In this document: piece by piece, positions 12,101-25,750 of the stretch
Position numbering within the stretch: position 1 is the stretch's first letter
Layout: each line of letters opens with the position of its first letter
Assembly (NCBI GenBank): GCA_951406725.2
Contig: OX597826.1
Coordinates: 22,816,001 to 22,880,000 of the forward strand
Direction: 5' to 3'
Source: Octopus vulgaris
Lineage: Eukaryota
Length of the DNA: 64,000 bases
Made by a program: the position numbers and the translations under genes
Notes under the pieces: model-generated
Database searches by the model: none
What the model saw: only the letters and a program-made list of their open reading frames with translations
Told to the model about the DNA's origin: nothing

Positions 12101-13594
12101 TCCTAGCGTGCGGACGCAGTCAGAATATGACTATGCCCTTTTCTGCTTACTACGGCTTCATAGTCGCCATTACAGCTGTTCATGTCATGTCTTACAGCAC
12201 TGAGCAGCAGTCATGTTGTCGGAATTTTCATACCCGGTGCGAATCATCATGATACAAGTAACTCTTTTCCAATATCCAAGATGGCTTCCAGTTCTCCATA
12301 TCAGCTAACGGATCTTTTCGGTTTGAATGGCAGTCTTTTCTAGCGGTGTCATATGAAATTGTCACCCATAATTATGACCCTAGTCTCGATCTATTGCATT
12401 TCAATCTGTGTTAGGGTTGGTTAGGTTTAGGGGTGGGGGGAAGGGTATCTTTTTTTTCTTCACAAATGTAAATAAACCCAATCTGTTTCTTAAACGAGGG
12501 ACATATTCATACGGCACAGAATGTTTTTTTACCTCAATAGACGTCATTGATTGGTTGAATTGCAGAAATTCCTTCTTTATGTCCTCCAACGCCGTTGACT
12601 GCTCACATTAAGCTGTTCTGAAAAAGGAGACAAAATAATCGCCAAATTTAGCCCGAACACCCTGAACAACACGATACTGTAGCCATTTTCGTCAGCTTAC
12701 TTTCTTTGATTGCTTCTAATTTAGGTACAGTGCCGCAGTCTTGTGGAAAGGAAATAGTACATCGCTACCAGTGCTTGACTGGTACATTATTTTACTAACG
12801 CGAAAGGGATGAAAATAACGAAGTGGACATTGTCAGGATTTGTACTTAGAATGTAAAAAAGCCGGAAGAAATGCCGCTAAGCAATTTATTCCAATACTCT
12901 AAGGATCCTTCCTGCCTTTCTACTGTTCTACTGCCATCATCGCCAATGGTATGATGATGATGACGACGACGATTATGATTCTAGTTAAAAGGCCAGCAAG
13001 TTTGTAGGGGAGAGGGTTAGTCGAATACAGCGAGTTCAGTACTTGAGTTGGTATTTTTATTTTATTCTTTCTTCCCTCCACCCACCCACTCCGCGCCAAA
13101 AATATGAAACAAAAAGGATGAAAGGCAAAGTCGGTCTCGGATTCGATTTGATCTCGGGATTTGAATTCAAAACGTTAAGAGCCAGAGGAAATACCAGCGC
13201 AAAGCAATTTTTTTTTATACTGACGGTATAACGATCTACCCACCCACTGCCCGGCTGTCGCAGCTGCTGGTGATGATGATGATGATATTAGGCACAAGGC
13301 TAATAATTTTGAGGTGTTGGGGTGTGATTTGTCAACACCATCAACCTCAGTACTCACCTCGCTACTTTTATTCATCAACCCCAAAATGAAAAGCAAAACT
13401 GATCTCATGCGATTTGAACTTACAACATGAATAACCGTAACAAACGTTGCCAGGCATTTTTTTTCTTCCAACACTTTATCCGATTCTGCCAGTTTGCTGC
13501 CATGACGACGACGATGACGACAATGATGATCCAGGCCTTGAGAAATATGCGTAGTGTACGTGGATTGGTTGGTGTGTGTGGGGTGACCCACCTT

Positions 13595-14005
13595 TTATCT
13601 CTTGCTTGTGTCAGTCATTGGACTGCGACCATTCTGGAACACCTCCGCGAAGGCTTTAGTCGAACAAACCGAGACCAGCACTTATTTTAAGTACTGTATT
13701 TATTTTATCAGTATCTTATGCTGAACAGCTAACTTACGAGGACGTAAACAAACCAACACCTGTTGTCAGGTGCGAGTAGGACAAACACATGCACACGCTT
13801 ATATATACACACACACACATGCACAATACACACACACACACATATATATACACACATACAACGGGATTCCATACAGTTTCCATCTACCAAATTTAGTCAC
13901 AAGTAATTACAATAGTAGGCGTTTGCCCAAAGTTCCGCGTTCTGAGACTGAACCTGAAACCATGTGGTTTAAAAGCGAGTTTCTTATCCACACTGCTACT
14001 TCTGT
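13595..14005 (-). mobile_element. Diverged SINE family A
   Basis: Similar to 8047-8457. Confidence 0.7.
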
Positions 14006-14101
14006 ATCATGCATACTAACGTTTAATCGTTGTCGTTCATTCAGGAACAAGGCCTGATACGATATCACCGACTCAACAACCCACCACCCAAACCAGTGAT
14101 T

Positions 14102-14142
<41 letters not shown>

Positions 14143-14149
14143 CTTTCAA

Positions 14150-15402
14150 ATTTTGGCACCAGGCCAACAATTTTTACTGGGGATGGGGTTAACCGATCAC
14201 ATCGAAACCCCATTTTCCAATACTTAACTGGTACTTATTTTATCGATGCCGATTGGATGAAAAGCAAGGTCGACTTCGGCGGAATTTGAACACAGAACGT
14301 AAAGAACGGGAAGAAATACTGCCGAACATTTTGTCCGACGCGCTAACAATTCTTTTCTAATCTAAGCACAAGGCCCGAAGTTTTTCTTGAGGGATAGAGC
14401 CAGTCAATTATTTCGACCCCAATACGCAACTAGTACTTAATTTATCGACCCCGAAAGAATGAAAGGCTAAATCGACGTCGGCGGAATTTGAACTCAGAAC
14501 GTAAAGATACACGAAATACCGCTACGCATTTTGCCCGGCGTGCTAACGTTTCTTATTTCTTTATTGCCCACAAGGGGCTAAACATAGAAGAGACAAACGG
14601 ATTAAGTCGATTACATCGACCCGAGTGCGTAACCGGTACTTAATTTATCGACCCCGAAAGGACGAAAGGCAAAGTCGAACGTAACGGCAGACGAAATACC
14701 GCTAAACATTTCGCCCGTCGTACTAACTAACGTTTCTGCCAGCTCGACGCCATAGTGATAATTTTTCCTACTATAGGCTCTAGGCCTGGAATTTTGTGTG
14801 TGTGATGGTGGTGGAGGGAGAATGGTTCTAGTCGCTTATATCAACCCTTAGTGGCTGACTGGTACTTATTTTTATTTCCGACTTCGAAAGGATGAAAGGA
14901 AAAGCCAGCATCCACGGAGTGTCAACTTATAACGTAAACAGCTGAAAGAGATGCCGATAAGCATTTTGTCTGGCGTGCTAACGTTTTTTATTTCTTTACT
15001 GCCCACAAGAGGCTACACACAGAGGGGACAAACAAGGACAGACAAACGGATTAAGTCGAGTACATCGACCCGAGTGCGTTACTGGTACTTAATTTATCGA
15101 CCCCGAAAGGATGAAAAGCAAAGTCGACCTCGGCGGAATTTGAACTCAGAACGTAGCGGCAGACGAAATACCTATTTCTTTACTACCCACAAGGGGCTAA
15201 ACACAGAGGGGAAGGAACAAGGACAGACAAACAGATTAAGTCGATTATATCGACCCCAGTGCGTAACTGGTACTTAATTTATCGACCCCGAAAGGATGAA
15301 AGGCAAAGTCGACCTCGGCGGAATTTGAACTCACAACGTAACGCAGACGAAATACCGCTAAGCATTTCGCCGTCGTGCTAACGATTCTGCCAGCTCGCCG
15401 CC
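14150..15402 (-). mobile_element. Tandem and nested cluster of about 6 SINE family B units
   Basis: Repeated ggtacttaatttatcgaccccgaaaggatgaaag, with dimeric forms carrying a cccacaaggggctaaac tail. Confidence 0.85.
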
Positions 15403-15668
15403 ATTGCTGCCTTAGTGATAACAACAACAACAACAACAGCAGCAGCAGTAATAACAAACTGATTATTACACTCTTAGGCGACATAAATCGATGTCAATCG
15501 TTAACCGAAACCGTGCCTCGGATTCGGTTAACCACACTGTACGTTCACATACTTCATCATCACAACTCGGAGGCTAGTGGGAATAGTTTTCTTCCTTCTT
15601 TTCTTTCTTTCTAGGTTCTTTTAAATAAACGTGATTCTGTAACGTTTCTGCTTTAATATTTACCATAA

Positions 15669-15851
15669 CAGTAGCGTAGCTAGAGCAATGTGTGCCACCA
15701 GGGGGTAGCCTTCAGTAGGCTGCTCCCACCCCGCCTCCTCCTACCTTGATACTAGCTTATACAGCAGCCCCAAAAGTGACACACCCATAAAAAAAAGCGT
15801 CATCCGGTGCGGACACCTGCCCCATAGCCACCTCACTTTAGCTACACTACG
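15669..15851. mobile_element. PIF/Harbinger-like MITE
   Basis: cagtagcgtagcta / tagctacactacg ends; the same ends occur at 38247-38366. Confidence 0.55.
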
Positions 15852-16089
15852 GTATCATAAACGAAGTGACCCTAAGGGAAATTATAGCACCAATTATAGC
15901 CGGAACCTAGTTCCTCGGGTCTGTGTCGTTTTAATTCTGTTTGTTTGATGTCAAGGTGACATGTGTGTCTTTAAGGAGACAGTTGTCTTGAAGAAAGGTC
16001 AAGTTGATATAAGCAACATTACCTATACGGTTATCTAGTCCAAAGAATTATTAGTATGTTTAAAAACCACCACCATCGGGGGTTTCTCT

Positions 16090-16178
16090 ATTCCATCACA
16101 ATCTCCACCACTACAGCTAATTAATACTGTCACTAAGACTACTACTACCACCAGCACAACTCTACTACCACCACCACC

Positions 16179-16242
<64 letters not shown>

Positions 16243-16985
16243 TCAATAAAACCATCTCACCGCTACATAAACTGTCACTACTACTACTACCTCAACCACT
16301 GCCACCAACACAACTACTCCAACATTGACGTTGACATGTTAACCACTACCACCACCCCTACTACTACAACTATTATATCAACAGTGTCACAGAGACTACC
16401 ACCACAGCCGCTGTCACTACTACTACTGCTGCTGTTTCTACTATTGCATAAACACTGTCAATACTAATGCTACCATCATCACTACGACTGCTACAAGTAC
16501 ATCTCAACTACTTTATCGCGTTCAATGACAACATACACACGATACCGCTAACATTATCAACAATCGTTGTTTTCTGACCCCTTTCCCGCCACAACCAGCA
16601 CGTCACCTGCACTAGCATTACACCTACTACTACTACTACTACTACTACTAATCTCAATACAACTACTAATACCACTACTACTACCGCTACTACTAATCTC
16701 AATACTACTACTACTACTACTACTACTACTGCTAGTACTACTACTGCTACTACTACTAGTACTATTACTACTACCGCTATTACTAATCTCAATACAACTA
16801 CTACTACTACTACTACTGCTACTACAATATTATCAGTGCTAGATATACCATTGTGAATATCGCTGCTGCTGCTACTACTATTACAGTACCACCAATGTCA
16901 GATATAACGCTATGACCACTACTACTACTACATTACTTCTAAGCACCGTTACCAACACCTGTACAACCTAATTACTATTATTACG
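16090..16985. repeat. Degenerate (CTA/CCA)n low-complexity tract
   Basis: Direct reading. Confidence 0.9.
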
Positions 16986-17293
16986 CAAGGCGGCGAAGCT
17001 GGCAGAAGTGTTAGCGCACCAGACAAAATGCTTAGCAGCATTTCTTCCGGCTCTTTAAACGTTCCAGGTTTAAATTCTGCCGAGGTCGACTTGGCCTTTC
17101 ATCTCTCTCTTTTTTTCGGTAGTGGTGGAGGGGTCGATAAAATAAGTACCAGTTCAGCTCTCTGGGGACTTCCCACTCTCCCTTCAAAATTGCTGGCCTT
17201 CAGCCACAATTAGAAAGAAATACTGCTACTATTGCTGTAGGGCCAAGCTACGACAATACCGTTGATTATCGCACCTTCAACCGAGCGAGGGTA

Positions 17294-17475
17294 CCGTATT
17301 TTAACGTGTATAAGGAACCATTTTTTTTTTTGACAAAAATTAGGTTAAAAAATATTGGAGTTTCTTATATATGGATAGTATTATAATCCCTTTCAAAACC
17401 TTTTTTCCAAATTTTAAGCCCTCAAAATTAGGGTTTCCTTATGCACGAGGGTTCCTTATACACGTTAAAATACGT
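17294..17475. mobile_element. pogo-like MITE
   Basis: About 26-bp TIR ccgtattttaacgtgtataaggaacc / ggttccttatacacgttaaaatacgt, TA on both flanks. Confidence 0.8.
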
Positions 17476-17554
17476 TATATTGCGAAGAGGTTAGCATCAA
17501 AGATATAGATTAAGTTTGAGAATGTGTGTATATCTTTTATCGTTTACTTGTCTC

Positions 17555-17951
17555 AGGTGTAGGAGTGGCTGTGTGGTAATTAGCTTGCTTACCAGCCACA
17601 TGGTTCTGGGTTCAGTCTCACTGCGTTGCATCTTGGGCAAGTGTTTTCTGCTATAACCTCGGGCGGACCAAAAGCCTTGTGAGTGGATTTGGTTGACGGA
17701 AACTGAAAAGAAGCCCGTCGTATATATGTATATATGCGTATGTTTGTGTGTCTGTGTTTGTCTTCCCAACATCGCTTGACAACCGATGCTAGTGTGTTTA
17801 CGTCCCCGTAAGCGGTTCGGCAAAAGAGACCGATAGAATAAGTACTAGGCTTACAAAGAATAAGTCCTGGCGTTGATTTGCTCAACTAAAGGGGTGCTCC
17901 AGCATGGTCGCAGTCAAATGACTGAAACAAGTTGAAGAGTAAAGAGTAAAA
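17555..17951 (+). mobile_element. SINE family A, full length
   Basis: Runs from the head to the agagtaaa tail repeats. Confidence 0.9.
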
Positions 17952-18147
17952 GTTGGGAGAGGAGTTTCGGTAAATTCACACGAGTCAGCTTTGTTTCCTC
18001 CTCACAACTGTCAGAAAAATGGGTATTTTCTTTTTGTTTTGTTTTTTTTTTAGAATTTTCTAAAGACACCTTTCTGATGGTGTGGATTAGGATTATATCG
18101 GAATTATGAAAAGAAAAAAATTACGGTCTTGCACACATTCTCACTCA

Positions 18148-18302
18148 CGGACGGACTGAGCCGCCGGTCAATCGGGCACTGCCCGAAGGTTCGGAGCTTC
18201 GAGGGACCCGCACTCTACATGTTAACTCTTACTAAAATACACATTCAAAGGGGCCTGGTAAACAGTTATGCCTGAGGGTCCTTAATACTCTCAGTCCGCC
18301 CC
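18148..18302. mobile_element. Harbinger-like MITE
   Basis: ggacggactgag / ctcagtccgccc inverted ends. Confidence 0.55.
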
Positions 18303-18872
18303 TTTCACATGACATATATCTACAAAATGAAACTTGAAATTTCGAAAAAAACTTGTTATTTATGTCAGTATGTATGCGTGTGTCCAACAGTTTTATTTTC
18401 ACACGTATGTGTGCCTCCATGTATGTGTGTGCGAGAGAGAGGGAGAGAGTTACCAGATCTCTTCAGCCCAGCTCATTGTGTTTAATTATATATTGAATAT
18501 ACGTGTGCACGTACATGCGGACATATATTAATGTATGTGTGTGTGTGTGTGCGAGAGAGTTACCATATTTCTTCCGCCCTATTCATTGTAAGAATGCATT
18601 GAGTTATGCATGTGCACGTACGTGTGGATAAATATAAATTTATGTATCTGTGTGTGTGCTTGTGTGTGTGTGTGCGTATAAGCGGACTTGGCAGCGTTGT
18701 ATTCGCAGATATGTATGTGTACACACACCTCAATAATCATCAGTGTATGTATTTTTATGAGAATGCGCTTTACGGATCATGTGAAATTTCTTCCGGCCAC
18801 TTGAATTTTTTACGAACTTTCATCGGGATAGTCAACTATATAGGCCCAGTGCTTGACTGGTATTTATTTCAT

Positions 18873-18927
<55 letters not shown>

Positions 18928-18930
<3 letters not shown>

Positions 18931-19372
18931 GACAGCCTTCTTTCAGTTTCCGTCTACCAAATCCACTCACAAAGGCTTTGGTCGGCCCGAGGCTATAGTA
19001 GAAGCCTCTTGCCCAAGGTGCCACGCAGTGGGACTGAACTCGGAACCATGTGGTTCATAATCAAGCTACTTACCACACAGCCACTCCTACGCCTATAGGA
19101 TGAAAGGCAAAATCGACCTCGGCAGAATTTGAAATCAGAACATAAAACACACGAAATACCTATTTCTTTACTACCCACAAGGGGCTAAACACGGAGAGGA
19201 CAAACAAGGACAGACAAAAGGATTAAGTCGACTACATCGACCCCAGTGCGTAACTGGTACTTATTTAATCGACACCGAAAGGATGAACGGCAAAGTTGAC
19301 CTCGGCGGAACATAAAGACAGACGAAATACCGCTAAGCATTTCGTCCGGCGTGCTAACGTTTCTGCCAGCTC
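18928..19372 (-). mobile_element. 5' half of SINE family A followed by a family B dimer
   Basis: Matches other copies in the window. Confidence 0.8.
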
Positions 19373-19706
19373 AAAAAATTCCACCTTTAAAGAAGACCTG
19401 TTACATTACTTAATAGAAAAAAAGTTACAATCAAGCACCATTATCTCGAAGAGCATAACCTTAGATAACATGTATTACCCTACTTTATAAGAATGGTCTG
19501 TATAGGTATCTCAGTAAATCAAACACCAATGTAATGCAATAGTGAACTGATGTCAAGAAAATTGATGACAGTTTTATTTATAATAAATTAAAATGCAACT
19601 ATTCAAATGAAATTAAATATTAAATTCTTTTCTTACTTTTGAGAATATTATCATCACACGCAGTACACTTTAAATATATAAATATACTTTTATATATATA
19701 TATATA

Positions 19707-21105
19707 CTAGCAGTATCGCCCGGCGTTGCTCGGGTTTGTTTCGACCCGCTGGAATTGTAATTTTGAAAAGTAAAAATTTTGTGAACATTTTTCTGGTCGA
19801 AATACACCGAAAAGTGGCGACACAGCAGTGAAAAAATCGTAAAAAATAGGGATTTTCATAGAAAAAAGCATCTTTTTGATGTAAATAATTTTTGGTGTTA
19901 ACATGGTCCGATTTGAATTTTATGTTCTACGGAAGGAAGAGCAACCCTTCTTCTATCATACTCTCAATTTTGGTCAACTTGCGCCGCAGGGTCTCGGAGG
20001 AGATAGTGTTAGTTGAAGGTTACCAAACGTGGCGCACACAGACAACTTTAGCTTTATATAGAGATAACACACACACATTAATACACATACATAGACACAC
20101 ACACACATGTATGTATGGATGTATATATGGGTACTTGTAGGTACTCGATACTCGATCGCCCTTAAATAATTACTTTTTTTACAGAAACGCGAACGTATAT
20201 AACGCGCAAAATTATTCCGTAGAATTTATCAAATTAAATAACGCAAAATTAATATATTTTTTGAAATTGCAAATTATTTAGAATATAAAAATCTGGCTGC
20301 TATTTCTAGGTGCCTGAGTAACAACCTCGCGGATTTACAGATAAATGAATTAATTACTATTTTACAGAATAAAATTAAATAATTCTTGAAAATTAATTAA
20401 TATTAATATTTTTTGAACAAAGTAAATAATTTTTAAAACTTAAATAATAATTTTTTTTACACAAACGCGAACGGGGAAAAGGGGGTGGCGAATTCGATTT
20501 TTTTATTTTCGTTGAATGAATAGAAAAAATGTATAATATATGTTGTACATACCTAAATTTTTCTTTTTCATGACATTGTAGCAAAATAGTAGTGAATTAT
20601 ATAAATACCAGCAGTACATTTTTTTCTGGGGTATTTTTTTTCAACCTCGTCACATATTTGCCCCTTTCAATTTAAACAAAGTCTTAATTAAGCAATTACG
20701 GCAGCTTAGCAATGGTTTCAATACAGGCGTGACATCTGTATCTCAATTGTTCAAAACCCTTCGAATTTTTTCGCACGTGATGATATCATAGTGAAAACTT
20801 TCAATTACGCGCGCTTAGAAGTACGCTCGCAAATTAATACTACCAAAATTTTGAAGTTCGCGCTCCGCTTGTGTGTGTGTGTGTGTGCGTGCTTTAGGTG
20901 TACGTAGGTATGTGTTTTTTTGTGTGTGTGTCACTGAAGCCATACATACATATATACATACATAACCTTTCTCTCTCAGTCACTCACTACAAAAAGTGAA
21001 TAAAAAAAGTTCAGTTATTTCTGTCTTTCACTCTCTCTGTCTCTTTACACACACTAACAAAAGCACTTCACTTACACACCACACTTTCTGTGTCGCACAA
21101 CCCAT

Positions 21106-21140
<35 letters not shown>

Positions 21141-21905
21141 GCACGCACGCATGTACATCAATGCTTTCGGAGTGAAATGTTAAAATATTGAGTTTTCTCG
21201 AATTTTGTCTTAATTGGGGGTGAAATTGAAAGAAATTTGTTATGGCATGACCGAATGGAGTACTTTGAAAAATCTTAGGTAAACTCTAATTGAAGAAATT
21301 GTGTGAGGAGTAAATCGTTATGTATTTATTTGTTTCTGTTTGCTGTGTTTTTTTATTTTTTGAGTAGTGGTTTAAGGTACACTTGCAAAGAGAAAGTGGG
21401 AGAAATTATGTTGATAGCATGAGTGATCCGTTTTATAGAAATACTTTCAGTTTAGTCTTCCTCAAATCACTCTGTCGCTATTTACTCTCTTCCAAGAACA
21501 TTTTCACTCACTCTTATCTCTTAGCTTGCCATACATTTTACTCATGTATCTATCAGCGTGATAGACAGAAACAAATATTACATCGCCATCGCCATCGCAT
21601 TCTATTGTCTACCTGTCAACACACACACAGTGAATTACTTTCACTTTATTCGTTGCACACTGTGTGCTTGCGTGTGCGTGTGGTGTAAACCACATTAAGA
21701 AAAGCATTTGACATACACACCAGAATGTGAGTTTTCTGTAAATTTTGCTTAATTGGAGTTTAAATTTTAAAAACTGGACCTGGCATGACCCGATGCATTC
21801 TACTCTTAAAAATGCTAGGTAAATTGTAATTGAAGAAATCCTATATTGTAGATTTCTATAACTGACAAAGGGAGGCAGATAAAATCTGCCTTTTATAATA
21901 AGAGA
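19707..21905 (-). mobile_element. Non-autonomous Helitron (left arm of the palindrome)
   Basis: On the minus strand: 5' TC, 3' hairpin cccg...cggg then CTAG, next to (TA)n. Confidence 0.8.
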
Positions 21906-21907
21906 TA

Positions 21908-24107
21908 TCTCTTATTATAAAAGGCAGATTTTATCTGCCTCCCTTTGTCACTTATAGAAATCTACAATATAGGATTTCTTCAATTACAATTTACCTAGCA
22001 TTTTAAGAGTAGAATACATCGGGTCATGCCAGGTCCAGTTTTTAAAATTTAAACTCCAATTAAGCAAAATTTACAGAAAACTCACATTCTGGTGTGTATG
22101 TCAAATGCTTTCTTAATGTGGTTTACACCACACGCACACGCACGCACACAGTGTGCAACGAATAAAGTGAAAGTAATTCACTGTGTGTGTTGACAGGTAG
22201 ACAATAGAATGCGATGGCGATGGCGATGGCGATGTAATATTTGTTTCTGTCTATCACGCTGATAGATACATGAGTAAAATGTATGGCAAGCTAAGAGATA
22301 AGAGTGAGTGAAAATGTTCTTGGAAGAGAGTAAATAGCGACAGAATGATTTGAGGAAGACTAAACTGAAAGTATTTCTATAAAACGGATCACTCATGCTA
22401 TCAACATAATTTCTCCCACTTTCTCTTTGCAAGTGTACCTTAAACCACTACTCAAAAAATAAAAAAACACAGCAAACAGAAACAAATAAATACATAACGA
22501 TTTACTCCTCACACAATTTTTTCAATTAGAGTTTACCTAAGATTTTTCAAAGTACTCCATTCGGTCATGCCATAACAAATTTCTTTCAATTTCACCCCCA
22601 ATTAAGACAAAATTCGAGAAAACTCAATATTTTAACATTTCACTCCGAAAGCATTGATGTACATGTGTGCGTGCGTGAGTGTGTGTGTGTGTGTGTGTTT
22701 GATGGGTTGTGCGACACAGAAAGTGTGTGTGTAAGTGAAGTGCTTTTGTTAGTGTGTGTAAAGAGACAGAGAGAGTGAGAGACAGAAATAACTGAACTTT
22801 TTTATTCACTTTTTGTAGTGAGTGACTGAGAGAGAAAAGAGAGAGAAAGGTTATGTATGTATATATGTATGTATGGCTTCAGTGACACACACACAAAAAA
22901 ACACATACCTACGTACACCTAAAGCACGCACACACACACACACACAAGCGGAGCGCGAACTTCAAAATTTTGGTAGTATTAATTTGCGAGCGTACTTCTA
23001 AGCGCGCGTAATTGAAAGTTTTCACTATGATATCATCACGTGCGAAAAAATTCGAAGGGTTTTGAACAATTGAGATACAGATGTCACGCCTGTATTGAAA
23101 CCATTGCTAAGCTGCCGTAATTGCTTAATTAAGACTTTGTTTAAATTGAAAGGGGCAAATATGTGACGAGGTTGAAAAAATACCCCAGAAAAAAATGTAC
23201 TGCTGGTATTTATATAATTCACTACTATTTTGCTACAATGTCATGAAAAAGAAAAATTTAGGTATGTACAACATATATTATACATTTTTTCTATTCATTC
23301 AACGAAAATAAAAAAATCGAATTCGCCACCCCTTTTCCCCGTTCGCGTTTGTGTAAAAAAAATTATTATTTAAGTTTTAAAAATTATTTACTTTGTTCAA
23401 AAAATATTAATATTAATTAATTTTCAAGAATTATTTAATTTTATTCTGTAAAATAGTAATTAATTCATTTATCTGTAAATCCGCGAGGTTGTTACTCAGG
23501 CACCTAGAAATAGCAGCCAGATTTTTATATTCTAAATAATTTGCAATTTCAAAAAATATATTAATTTTGCGTTATTTAATTTGATAAATTCTACGGAATA
23601 ATTTTGCGCGTTATATACGTTCGCGTTTCTGTAAAAAAAAGTAATTATTTAAGGGCGATCGAGTATCGAGTACCTACAAGTACCCATATATACATCCATA
23701 CATACATGTGTGTGTGTGTCTATGTATGTGTATTAATGTGTGTGTGTTATCTCTATATAAAGCTAAAGTTGTCTGTGTGCGCCACGTTTGGTAACCTTCA
23801 ACTAACACTATCTCCTCCGAGACCCTGCGGCGCAAGTTGACCAAAATTGAGAGTATGATAGAAGAAGGGTTGCTCTTCCTTCCGTAGAACATAAAATTCA
23901 AATCGGACCATGTTAACACCAAAAATTATTTACATCAAAAAGATGCTTTTTTCTATGAAAATCCCTATTTTTTACGATTTTTTCACTGCTGTGTCGCCAC
24001 TTTTCGGTGTATTTCGACCAGAAAAATGTTCACAAAATTTTTACTTTTCAAAATTACAATTCCAGCGGGTCGAAACAAACCCGAGCAACGCCGGGCGATA
24101 CTGCTAG
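21908..24107 (+). mobile_element. Non-autonomous Helitron (right arm of the palindrome)
   Basis: A|TCTCTTATTATAAA ... cccgagcaacgccgggcgatactgCTAG|T; no TSD. Confidence 0.8.
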
Positions 24108-24123
24108 TATATATATATATGTA

Positions 24124-24205
<82 letters not shown>

Positions 24206-24237
24206 TGTATGTATGTATGTACGTACATGTATACAGA

Positions 24238-24278
<41 letters not shown>

Positions 24279-24285
24279 CTTATAT

Positions 24286-24355
<70 letters not shown>

Positions 24356-24512
24356 AGGCATAGACACACACACACATATATGAACACACCAGCACATATT
24401 AGTATAATAGTTTATGACAGCTGTCAAGTGTGTGCGTGTGTGTGTGTTCATGTGTGTGTGTGTGTGTGTGTGCGTGTGCGTGCGTGCGTGTGTGTGTGTG
24501 TGTCTGTGTGTA
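24108..24512. repeat. Compound (TA)n/(TATG)n/(CA)n/(TG)n microsatellite
   Basis: Direct reading. Confidence 0.95.
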
Positions 24513-24899
24513 TGAATATGTTGTTTTGAAGCAGTGTTATTTTTGTGTCAAAACATTTTTTATTTCTTTTTATACAGAATACGGTCAGCTATATGTATAT
24601 ATTGTTTCAAATGGATTTAAGGGTGGGGTCAAGAATTCTATTAAACTGAATGCTAAATTCCTTCTCTGTTGAAAATACGGTTAGCTGCGTGTATGTATTG
24701 TGTTAAATGGAATTTAAGAATGGTCAACAATTTTATTGAAAGATTTGGAAGGAATTGTTCTTCATTTATTTTGTGGCAGTGTGCGTGTGTATGCGTGTGT
24801 GTGTGTGTGTGTGTGTGTGCGTGTGCGTGCGTATTTTGTTTGTTGGGAATATGTTGCCCTGAGGAATGAATCACTTTCGTGTCAAAAATTCTACTGAAC

Positions 24900-25251
24900 T
24901 GAATGATAGAATTCCCTATGAGTATTTGAGTAAACTATAGATCTTTATCTATTGGTTATTGGCTGATATATACATATTTAACTGTGGTTTATATTCGTTG
25001 ATGAATGTTTTTTCTTTATGTAATCTCTGTTGTTGCGTGAAAAGGTTTGAGCACTCGTAGAGGGGGGAAGATTTTAAAGTTGGATAAGTTCATTCTTGCA
25101 CAATCTGCAATGTGATTACTTAAGGGAATTTTCCTTGCATTCTCGTCTCGCATCTGTTGGCGGTGAATCGTCATTCTTTTGCGTAATGATACACCCGTCT
25201 GTCCTATGTAATTTTGCTGGCATTCACTGCATGTTATTACGTTAAATCTAC

Positions 25252-25306
<55 letters not shown>

Positions 25307-25460
25307 GTTAAATCTACGTGGGTCAGGCCAGAACAATGCGAAGTAATTGCAAGGCAAATCACAAGGAAACAAATATATGAATTAATGTAGACTCACCTTG
25401 CATTCAATATTTCGGGGTTATGATCCCATCCTCAGGAAATTAACGAATGTTGCAGATGTG
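24900..25460 (-). mobile_element. Penelope-like element fragment: GIY-YIG endonuclease remnant plus hammerhead-like motif
   Basis: ITCSECQQNYIGQTGVSLRKRMTIH...LSNHIADC (about 25060-25240); boundaries approximate. Confidence 0.75.
25403..25438 (-). ncRNA. Minimal hammerhead-like motif
   Basis: Minus strand ttc-CTGAGGA-t-gggatcataacccc-GAAA-TATT-gaa. Confidence 0.5.
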
Positions 25461-25482
25461 CGTGTGCGTGAATGTGTGTGTA

Positions 25483-25514
<32 letters not shown>

Positions 25515-25581
25515 AATATAAAAGGTATCTTTATGTCTAACCAGCGTAACGTGAATGTTTTGTTAGAACACCGAGTGGTGA

Positions 25582-25741
25582 GTAATTTACCTTGAGAGGA
25601 CCTCTCATATGGATGGACTCATGGTGCATAAAAGCACTCATTTATATTTAAATTGTTGGTAAACAAAAATCACCTGTTACAGGCGCCGAATGTTTTTATG
25701 CCCTATGCGTCAATATGAGAGGTAATCTCAAGGAAAATTAC
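25582..25741. repeat. Imperfect inverted repeat element (MITE-like or PLE-derived)
   Basis: gtaatttaccttgagaggacctctcatat versus atatgagaggtaatctcaaggaaaattac. Confidence 0.6.
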
Positions 25742-25750
25742 ACAGTATTA

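Noticed and set aside
16508-16842. Hydrophobic poly-L/V ORFs
   Set aside because: Translations of (CTA)n. The same applies to 42336-42644 and 44724-45170.
19707-24107. Duplicated small ORFs as genes
   Set aside because: They are mirror products of the palindrome, have no recognisable domains, and use non-ATG starts
24007-24672. Long YI/CV/TH-rich ORFs
   Set aside because: Dinucleotide microsatellite translations
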